From NCBI RefSeq assembly GCF_964355755.1, contig NC_092680.1, positions 21,399,045 to 21,463,044 on the forward strand: 64,000 nucleotides of DNA. The letters run 5' to 3'. Below, piece by piece: positions 53,588 through 64,000 of the stretch. The notes below the pieces were generated by a model. The model had not been told where the DNA came from. It searched no databases and saw only the letters and a program-made list of their open reading frames with translations. The position numbers were made by a program, and so were the translations under genes. Source of the DNA: Antedon mediterranea. Lineage: Eukaryota; Animalia; Echinodermata. The first letter of the stretch is position 1, and each line of letters begins with the position of its first letter.

Positions 53588-54803
53588 TAAGTCAATGCCA
53601 GTCCATGTATATTCCAGTTTCTCAAGTTGTTTTAATTTAACCTCACTTTTTTCTTGTCATACGTCGTAATAGTTTCTTTTACAAGATCAAACTGATACAG
53701 TTAGCAAGATAACTCCAGCCTCAAGGGATTACACGCACGTCAATTGCATAATTAACAGACATGGGCATCGGTCAGCTATCCCCTTCCTTATAGGATTTAA
53801 TATCCGATCAACTCTGGTGATTAATCAGACATTCTTCATTCCAGTGACCGCTTATTAATTTAAACTAATTGGCAATTGTTTCTACCTTTGAAATCTAGAG
53901 GTCATACAGGTCAAAGTAAAAATCTATAAATGAATGAACGATGAGTCAGAAAATACTAGGAAATATTTGTAATGATAAATCTAGCAAGTCTACTAGTACT
54001 AGCTGCTCATTGGCAAGGCTATAAAAAGTATACTGTCATCTCGTGAAACAAATTCCTTGATTAACTATGATGAACTCGACGAACTATTTGCATAACATTA
54101 ATCATAATGGTTACCGTACATCATTAACAATTTTTACAATTTTACTTTAGTTAGTGATATTTCGTTAGAACATCGTATAACTTCGGTTTCTAGAATCTAA
54201 CGTAATCGATCAAAAGCGATGTAAAATCATCCAATTACCGCGATTGGTTGAATTGCGCGTTGCGCGTACTAACTGCGCATCATTACATTCGTCCTGATGG
54301 GAACAACGATTTAGTCACACACACCATGTGCATAATGTACACGATTTGAACCCTAAATTGTAACATGGATGACGTTACCAATAATGCTGCCTGTCAGTTA
54401 GACTTTACATCTCAAAACACCAACATTAAAACATTGTGCGCGTACACATCGTCATAATGACATCAGCGTTTTTGTACGCACAGGTGGCGACTGTCATAGA
54501 AGACTAGGCCGCTAAGTGTAACATACTAGCTGCAATTAATGTATCCTTGACCCAAAATCTTGGCAAAGTGCAAGTCAACCTGACAAGCAACATGGACCAC
54601 CGGTAAAACACCTGTATACAGACATACCAGGTGATGAACTAATGAGGTAACGCCAGGGACTACATTCAACATACTGGATTTCCTGAACAGATAATAAATG
54701 GAAACACACCAAAGGAATCGTCACTCACACATTATGATGACGCACGTGTACATACCCACATGTTTTAACTTGCATTCAGACTATGCGTTGGCTAGGTCAC
54801 TAA

Positions 54804-54940
54804 ATGCGTGGTTGCCACTAGAGACAACGTAAGTGATTTGACCAATCACAAGCGATAAATTATTCAATGTTGCTTGTCATTGGTCACCTTGCTTGCGTTG
54901 CGTCTACGTCCTTGCGTTGCGTCCTAGTGGGAACCAAGCT
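54804..54940. mobile_element. MITE family B copy
   Basis: TAA...ttgaccaatcacaagcga...gcttgcgttgcgtctacgtccttgcgttgcgtcctagtgggaaccaagct+TTA (intact right TIR). Confidence 0.82.
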
Positions 54941-55683
54941 TTAGGATAAGGTATGGTTTACACTGCCAGTATTAGTAAATTGAATTAAATACCGTAGTAC
55001 GCTCGAATATTCATGTTATTGCACAATTCACCTTTATTTACCCGAAGGACCACACAGAAAAATATCAGTGAGGATTCTGGTGGTTCATAGGTTTGTTTGA
55101 CCGAACACACTCAAATTAATCTAATTCAATATTTGGTGTTTCCATGGAAAGAAATACGATTAACAATTTCGTTTGTTGTCTAGACTTGTGCAACTGTAAA
55201 CGTACCTTTTAATAAGAACCACAAGGGAAAGTCACGGAATTCGAGAATGGTGCAAGTATATGCGCCGTGCCTAATTGAAACAATTACAAAACAGTTACCA
55301 AAAATAACGCATTCAACTGTATTAGTAGCAGCGATATACCTGCCTTTCTCTGACCAATGGAAGAGAGACCTAATAACAATTGCACCGTCGTTATTTTATT
55401 TAGCGAATCACAAGCCTACCACCCTCTAGTTATTTGGTTTTTTTTAGAAAAATTACTTACTAATTACCTAATATAAGCTTTAAAAATACAACGAAATATC
55501 GGGCTCACGTACGACGTACGTCAACTCTATGTGTATTTGTTCTTTTTCTGTCTGAAAGAAGTCAGAAATATAGGCTTAATATGTTTCAATTAAATGAAAA
55601 TAAAAATGAACTATGTACGTATACAGTACTCCCACCGTATCCCAGCCAAGTGCCCAAATGGAATGGTAATGTAGAGCCCTTAA

Positions 55684-55784
55684 AGCTTAGTTCCTACTAG
55701 GACGTAACGCAAGGACGTAAACGCAACGCAATTAAGTTGACCAATCACAGGCGATGGATTATTCAAACTGTCGGTTGCCAAGCT
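55684..55784. mobile_element. MITE family B copy with internal deletion, both termini present
   Basis: TTAA+agcttagttcctactaggacgtaacgcaaggacg...ccaagct+TTAA. Confidence 0.8.
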
Positions 55785-58689
55785 TTAAGAACTGAATTGG
55801 TTAACAAGCAACTAGTTGTTGGCAAATATCCACGCAATGAATTACGATGACGTCACTAACTCATTAAGCTTAGGATCTATTTAATTATGCTTTACTGTTA
55901 CTGTCCAGGTATCATTTTTTAGTTTCACATACAGTTTCATTTTGACACATTAATTGAATGAACGCAACACGAAGGACGGTTACGCCAAATAAAAAATACT
56001 GTAGCCTATTATAGGCCTACAATATTGTTTGCTCAGTGTTAACCATCCAAGTTTACTCTAATGTGACCCCCCCCCCCCCCACCCTTCAACAAAATCCTGA
56101 GTAAAAATATCCCATTTCGTTCGCCATAATAACAACTTACCATTCGGCACGAACGGTCCGTGCGGAAGGCTCATGTGATGTGTCTGACCAAATCGATACA
56201 TTCTCACACACATGTTGTCGATTTCTACCAATCAAGTTGTATACTCGCTAGAATTCTATCTACATTCTCCACTTGGCAAACCTCTCGCCAATAATGCTAC
56301 GTCACGAGTCTTTACAGACAATGTTATTATATACTGCAAACTATTGTTAAATTTAAACTTATAGTGCAACAGATGTGAATTAAGTCTATCAAGCATGGAC
56401 TTACTGTTTTGGCGCTTTCTTTATGTCGTCTGCGCACGGAGACATTTCTGTGGAAGATTTAATGAATTACAGCGTTAACTACATGAGCAGAAATCAATTG
56501 AACAGAAAAGGTAGTGTTAAAATTGAAATTATCATTAACATTTTGACCCAGAAAAAACAAGAGAAAATGTTACCGCATACTAAGAACTTACATACCCCCT
56601 GTAGACGTCTGTCGCTATAGGCTAACGCGGCTGTCGTTGCTATGGAAATGTACGTAACATAGTTTTTGGCATGTATATCTGAATTGTAGTTGTTTATCTA
56701 GGTGTTGATGCAATAAATTCGATATTTTTTGTAAGCTACTATTAATACAAATCATTTTGCTATAGGGTGGAGAGCTAAGCCTAATTAGTTGGGCGAGTCT
56801 GATCGGCTTCTTGTCTGGCGTATCAATGGTTTCTCACCTCCTATCCCAGCTTAGGGTGACAGGTGAGCAGAACGAATGGAATACGGTTCAATTCCTAGTA
56901 TAATATAACGCGGATCAGGGTAAATGATTGAAATGAATAAAAGCGCATAAACCCATCCATGCGAGAGACGGGAAATGGTCTTAACGAATTAACTATGATT
57001 TGTGGATTAAATATTTGAAAAACCACTTCAGAGAGACCGTTAGCTTTATTCGGTAGTGGCTATTTTGAGCTGATTAATTCTGACAGCGGGTTGGTTGTTA
57101 TGGGAAGTAGTTCAGGTCCTATACATCCTAAAGCATGGCCCTTAATAACGCGTAAATAGTTCATGTTTTGGTCAAGGTAATAAATATAAGGGGTAGCAGT
57201 GCATCTGATTGTATTTGATTTCCGTTCGGGTTTTCAGTATGGAATCCCGCCTTCCTCTCTCCCCCAAAATACATGTCCTTGAAGATGGTAGGTTCCTAGC
57301 ACTTTATTGGTCACGTTCGTTGAGAAAAACAACTTGTTTTTGATATTAAACTACCTTAGAAATTATTATCAAATATAAAATAATGAAATATATGTACGAA
57401 ATCTTAAGCATAAATATCGAATTAAATAAAGTTAGCCATTTGCTGTTAAACACAGGCACGGGAGGAAAAAAGAGGTTATATTAAATGTCAGCAATCTGCT
57501 GTCTAAAAAACAAATTGAATTTAATTTATTTCACAGAGGTCTTTAATTTACTGAAAGCCTTGAGGATTAAGTACTAAAATTGATATATTCAATAGGTCAA
57601 TTTGTAATAGTAATCAAATGACAGTGTCACCTGGGGCGGGGGTGGGTCTGACAATCTCCCCTGAGGTCAATTACAAGAAGTATCAAGAGAATGTATCGAT
57701 GTAGGCCGGTTCGATTATCAATTATTGCCGCAGCGGCACTCCATAGAGATGATTCGTCAGGACATGATAAGGGACGCCACAGATAGCTCAACACCCGCTA
57801 AACTAAAAATCCAAATTCTAACTTAAAATAAATCTAAAAGAGACAAAAATGATCCATAAAGATGAAATATTGACAATCATCTTAATGAAAATTGATGGCA
57901 GGTTAGATACTGTATATCATTTAATACGAATACCTCCTTTGGGGGACATCCCTCGTATTAAGAACGGGAGGCTTTCCAGTGAAATTAACTAAGGGGTGCG
58001 TTATGCTTTAACACTATCATATTATTACCAACACACATTCAGAGGACAACCCGACGGAATCCTTAATATGTGAGTTTTACTGTAATTTTTCAAACGTTAT
58101 GTTCAAAATGGTGATGTCTTGGAATAGTGATACAATGGAAGCACTTGGTTAGCATTGATAGTAATAACGAAAGCACATTTTACTTTAAAATATAAAATAG
58201 TGCAGTATAACAAATGGGTTTGATAGCCAGCCTGCTGACAAGTGACCTGCGGAATATCTAGCACAAAACCTGCTCTATCTTACTCATCTACTCACAGTTG
58301 ATTCTGAAACAGGGAAACTATTTAATCGTCTGAAAACAAACTTTACTTATGTACGAGAGTTTGATAATCAATCACAGCCGGGTTCTTTGAGCATTATGCG
58401 GCATCGCACATTATTTTGTATAGGTTGCAGTCATGGGTAAAATTTATTTTTCATAATCCATGATTATAATCTAATGGTCTGGCCTCATGTATGTTTTGGT
58501 ACGATGTCAAAATTTCATATATGCCATTCATTTAGGCCTCCTATATTGCAATATCTGGCAATACGTGAAGTCGAATACGAAGCCCTAAAACATTTAATCA
58601 CATCGAACTCGCAGTTGACGCGCAGAACACGACGTATATTTTTGCACAGGACACATTTTGCCCCGTAATGTGTGTTTAATTTCATACTA

Positions 58690-58800
58690 CAGGCGCAACA
58701 CGAATTGACCAATCACAAACGTTGGATTATTCGAACTGTCACTTGTCATTGGTCAACTCGCTTGCGTTGCTTCTTCGTCCTTGCATTGCGTCTCTAGTTG
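58690..58800. mobile_element. MITE family B copy (partial)
   Basis: ttgaccaatcacaaacg...cttgtcattggtcaactcgcttgcgttgc...gcgtctctag. Confidence 0.75.
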
Positions 58801-61724
58801 TATAGGCCTACACTGACTCTCTCACGCGGACTTTTTTTCACTATTACCATGCTGTCAAACAATGTATGTTTGTAAGAGTATTGCTAATTGCTTATGGTGT
58901 CATGTTTAGACATGGTAATGAGTGCATTTCTGCGTTATAATGCTAGTGTTAAAAAGTAAGAATTTTAAATTAGTGAAGCGTGTAGACGGTTTAACACGCG
59001 TGTAATGAATACACACGAAAAGCTGTTGATGAGAGGTGAAATGTTAAGGACGTGTATTGATAACGCGTGCGTGCGTACACGCGTCTTCACTTTTTAGTGA
59101 CGCGATTGCGTGTGCTTGTCCTAAGTTAATAGTTAGCATATTTATATTGATGTCTTGGAATATTGTATGTGGAAGCATTTGGTTAGCGTTGATTGTAATA
59201 ATAAAAATACATTTTACTTTAAATAAGTAGTACACTATAAACACGAAAGCAATTTAAATAGCTTACTTTAAAAGAGAGAGAACCATGTGCTTTCAATCAG
59301 TACTACATTAATTAGGTATTCAGTCGTTTTTACACCAAATCATATAACATTCATTATTTTACTTCTCGGAATATTGTTACTGTTAGTCAATACCAGTACG
59401 AAAACATAAGGCTATTTATAGACTATACGCTAATTACAAAGTTGACCAGTTGGTCAAGGTTATGTTTAATTGTTACGATAGTTTTTAAGTCGAGTCTTAA
59501 GTCGCATTGAACGCTGTATTGGTAGGGTGTTCAACATGTCCCTACCGTTGCCTCGGGTCAGCTTAGCTAGCCCGCTACCACTCCTCACACGTATTGACCA
59601 AAACCTCAAGTTACAGTATTTAAAAACTACAAACAATCCAACGGAAATAACAGGCGTCATTTCTATAGAATTTAATAATGGGGTCCATCAAGTAATAGTA
59701 ATTTATTCTTGTTTATAAAGCATTAGTCGATTAAAGAAATGGAACAGATGATAGAACGGATTAAACGGGTGATGTAAAAAAGGGGTCAGACGAAATCCTT
59801 CCCAAGGTCTATTTTGAAAAGTTTAACGTTGCTTAATAAAAGCTCATTCACACGCCTTGTTTACTCTGCATTGTAAAGCTCAATCAATGTTTTCAAAAAC
59901 TGTACTAATTGTGTCATTTTTGTTCAATTTAGTGGAAACACAGACGAACACTGCTATTTTATTTCACAATGGAGCTCCTTATGTGTTGCTTTATAAATAT
60001 TCGTTTTTTAAATTCTTTAATTTCCTTTAGTTCCGCTCAAGAATTCAAGGCTGCGAAAAGTTTTAGCAAACTATTTGTATGAATGAAACCGATCTATGAG
60101 ACGAGTATGCTCGAATTAAGACGAAGAAAACAACTATTTAGTTTTAAAATTACAAAAAGTACATGCCAACCCGATTATTTATTTTATTTTTTAAAGAGAT
60201 ATACATTCCTGTTAGCTACCTATGTGCTTGCCTATAATGAGTAGTTAATAAAGTTTGAAATAATCGTTTGATTTGAACCAAGTAGTTAACAAACGATAAT
60301 GGAGAAGTGTGTTTAGGCCTATAGGCCTACTACCAATATTATGTCAGTGGCGGATACATGATGAAGAAAAGGGCCAAATGAATCCTATGTTACGCTTACA
60401 TAGGTAATATTGTTACTTATGAATTAAAATATAAATTTCCTTCCAATGTTACATAACAGTATCCTTTATTCATATACGATTGCAGACTCGTCCGCTTGTG
60501 TCGGAGTGGAACTTGTAACAGCGTGATGAAAAGCTAAACTGTAGGTGGCGCTCTACAACACGATTACGAAATACAGTAATACTAATAGCTCTCTAACATT
60601 ATGATTACAACATAAATTATGATCTTATTATATTAATTGTTTTAAATGCATATAGCTTTTTATTTTAAACATAAAGTTCGGTCAGACAGGCTATTTAGAA
60701 ACATTGATGCCAAGGACAAAATAATTTCCTAGCGAGGTACCCACCAACGGCTAGGCCTATGTAATGCAAATACATGTTTAAAGATAAAAGTCGGTGAAGC
60801 AAAGTTCAAGTTCACGACGTAAAGTATAGCTTAAACTATAATATTTAAAACTTTAAACACCTTTTGACCCATTAATGAACTTGGCGGCGTCACCTTGTAT
60901 AAAAATGTAAAAAGTAGTGATTTACGATTAAAACAATAATTCATGGAAAATATGATAGACCACCAGATTGTTGTCCTTGGGAATATTATCGAATATAATC
61001 GGTAGGTATTTAAGCTTCTACTTAATGTATATACCACCGCACTTAGCATGGGTCATGTTGTATACAATGGCAGGCATTCCATTATGGTCATCCTCATGTA
61101 GCTTACATACGATACCACGTTACCAACTGTTACATAGCCAACATGTCTCGATCGGACCTCTGCATTTTCTTAATACATAAGCCCACCTCTACATCTACGA
61201 ATATAACTACATCCGTGTAGTTATACCTATGCCTAAATAGTAGGTATATGGTAACTTAAATATAATAGTGTAGAGATCATATCCCGTGCAGCCGTGCACT
61301 TTACACGAACTCAGCAGCGCAGTTGTGAGCCTGTCCCCGGGCTAAACGATATGAACTAAATACACCATGATCATGCCTTTCTAAGTAGCTAATTCCTGGT
61401 ACTGTATTCAGACCATAAGTCTGCCGGCAATTAATGCAAATATATGACATTGCAGAGCTTGTTTCTTGCAATATATATTTTTTAAGCAATATTTTAGGAT
61501 GCTCTACCTATCTTGTACTACCTTTCTTTTTAGAACACACAAGAAAGCAAATAAGACGATCGGGAAAAAAACTAATCCCTACCAAAACATAATTACCCCC
61601 ATTATACTGAACCAACCTTTTATAATTCAAAAAACTTAAATTAGGCCTAACATATATAATTATAATGTTGGCCTGTGTTATTGCATTCCGCGGCACGGCG
61701 ACAAATAGAGCGGCATCATTTGGA

Positions 61725-61851
61725 AAAACCCACAATTCAAAGGGGACAAAATATGTAAGGAGAAGGTGACACCAACAAACAAATAAAACCCACAATTCAA
61801 AGGGGACGAAAGATGTAAGGAGAAGGTGACACCAACAAAACAAATAAAACC
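61725..61851. repeat. 60-bp two-copy tandem duplication
   Basis: aaaacccacaattcaaaggggac...gtgacaccaacaaacaaat occurs twice. Confidence 0.92.
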
Positions 61852-62154
61852 AGTCTTCTCAGACGACAGAACCATAAATATATTTATCATTTTCCTTTAG
61901 TTTATTTTTTTGAAATAATTTCCCGAATGATCGTAAAACTGCGATCCATGTTTCTAAATAGTCATCGAATCAAAAGTACGAACTGGCCTAATGACGAAGC
62001 AGTCTGACAACATTCAATTATACAGTATTTAGCGCCAAGATAAGACGTACAATTTTGTCAGAAAAGGTTGTACGATGCTTAATATTCTGATCTTTTATAC
62101 AATGTGATGATAAACAATTTAGACTGTATTTTTTAAATCAAAATCAAGTTCTCT

Positions 62155-62265
62155 TGTTTGGTTCCCACTAGGGCAATCACGACGCGAGATATAATTATTA
62201 TTAACTGTCGCTTGTCATGGTAAACGCGCTTGCGTTGCCCCTTACGTTGTTGCGTTGCGCACACG
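62155..62265. mobile_element. MITE family B copy (degenerate); a further fragment at ~62930-63010
   Basis: ttggttcccactaggg...actgtcgcttgtcatgg...gcttgcgttgcccttacgttgttgcgttgcg. Confidence 0.65.
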
Positions 62266-64000
62266 CTTAGTTAACGCGTTCTGGCGGCATCAGACGAAAC
62301 TTGGTTCGTGTCTAATGATTGATATTGTCTGTTACTAATGAATATGATACTTCAGGGCCAATTATACGTATTGTTTTAATTCCGGATATAATTCGAATTG
62401 TGGGATTTAATATAGTTCCATAAGCTAGTTAGGCCTACATTGTCATAGCAACGAAAATAGCCAGACGTTAACATAAAATTAAATTATGAAATAAAAGTTA
62501 AATTAAATAATCAAAATAGCTCTTATGACACATTATGGGCAGAGGTCTGACAGCTGAAACAAGCAAAAATGGACGAAAACCAGACCATCTTGTTAACATG
62601 TATTAAATGCATTGAAATGATAAGAAAATCACATTTAAAATTACCGGAGCACAAATACAGACCCACAGTGATTAAGCAATTTTTTATTTACTTAGAATTT
62701 GGCCGATTTGACGTTTTATAGATGATTGTTGATGTATTAGAAATGACAGAGTGAGGGAGAGGTAAAGTAATGCTTTCAAGTCACCATCCGTTATACTGAA
62801 GGCAAACAGGAAACTTTAAGGAATATGTGTGTCACTTCTAAAGCCACAGTAAATTCCTGGAATAGACTAAGAGTAGAATTGAACCAAAGAACCTCTGAAA
62901 ATGTGAGTACGCGGTTGAAGATATGTTAAAAGATATAACCATCAATCGCGTCGTGATTGGTCAAATTATTTGCGTTTATGCGCGTAAATCATTACGTTGC
63001 GTAGGAACAAATTTCAAGATACAGAATTAGGCCTAATATTATCGTCAACGCCACTTATCTACGTCAACTCTTCAGAATGCATTACGTCACAAAAACAATT
63101 ACTATAGTAGGCTAATTAGTAATTAGCCCTAGAAAATTATTATTGAACACGAAAAGTAAAATAAGTATCAGGGCCGTAACCAGCATGAGGCAGTCTAAAA
63201 TGTTCAATTTTCATCACCCGATCCCAATTCCCCAGCACAGATTGTCATATTTTATATTAATAATTAGGCAAACAAATAAGGCATCTTTGTCTTGTCTGTT
63301 TTTAACCTGTCTCTACGGCCTTGAGTATCCGTACACACTGTCAGCGTATGAACGTGCGCCAACAATGTGCTAAATGTTTTAAAATATATTATTTTTGTTT
63401 TAAATGAGGCTAATTTAAACGTTTAACCAAAAATTGCATTGAGATTCACCTATGATTCGTCGATTGTTTACTAAAACAACCAATTTAAAAATTAGCGGAT
63501 TCATAAAATCGCTGTATCATCTTCCTTCAGTCCCACATGTGAACAATTTTGTATATACATGTTCATGTATCTCAATTAAATTATAACGTCTAAGGACTTC
63601 CGAAGAGTAGGAAATACTCGAGTTTATTCATTCTAATATGCTAAAAACACCACAACAAAAATTAAGTAAAAGCTCCCGAAAGAGAAATTAATTTCCGAGA
63701 AGTTAGGAAAATCGAAGCGGTTGCTATTGATCAATGTGCCCTTACGAGGTCATTGAGAGACAGTGTTTAGACCACGCGAAAGTGTTTTTGCACGATCACC
63801 GCTTCCAGCAACATAGTGGGCATGAATAGGAAGACAATACATCCGAATATGTTACAAATGTTATTAATAACCACCAACAATATGTGTTCTAAGAACAGGC
63901 GACTACGAACCATCGATCGTGCGGTCATGACGAGAAAAGAGTGTCACGGATTCATTGCCGTTTATAGAACGCTATACTCATGTTTATATTGGAAAAGACA

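Overview
AT-rich (about one third GC, by eye) animal genomic DNA, probably from a marine invertebrate deuterostome. That assignment is an inference from the spliceosomal introns, a Deu/Nin-domain SINE, CR1 and MITE families; nothing here looks prokaryotic. Almost every ORF in the supplied track is a repeat artefact. Reading the minus strand by hand gives two clean spliced exons (19067-18960 and 7911-7783) that encode the N-lobe of an AMPK-related (HUNK/SIK/MARK-like) Ser/Thr kinase; the gene probably continues off the left edge. Its 11-kb first intron holds a 7.4-kb CACTA/EnSpm-type transposon (10222-17622) with CACAG termini, a TA duplication, large subterminal repeat arrays and a decayed multi-exon SAMD3-like accessory gene. 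The rest of the window is non-coding. It contains seven minisatellite arrays, two abundant Harbinger-like MITE families, two Deu/Nin SINE copies with different tails, a CR1 3' end and a small TSD-flanked retroposed insert. The most distinctive signal is pervasive TA>TA-nnn(n)-TA scarring (TAGCCTA, TAGGCCTA, TACAGTA, TACGGTA). These scars can be compared directly with unscarred sister repeat units, which suggests that the strongly over-represented word TAGGCCTA is a transposon excision footprint.
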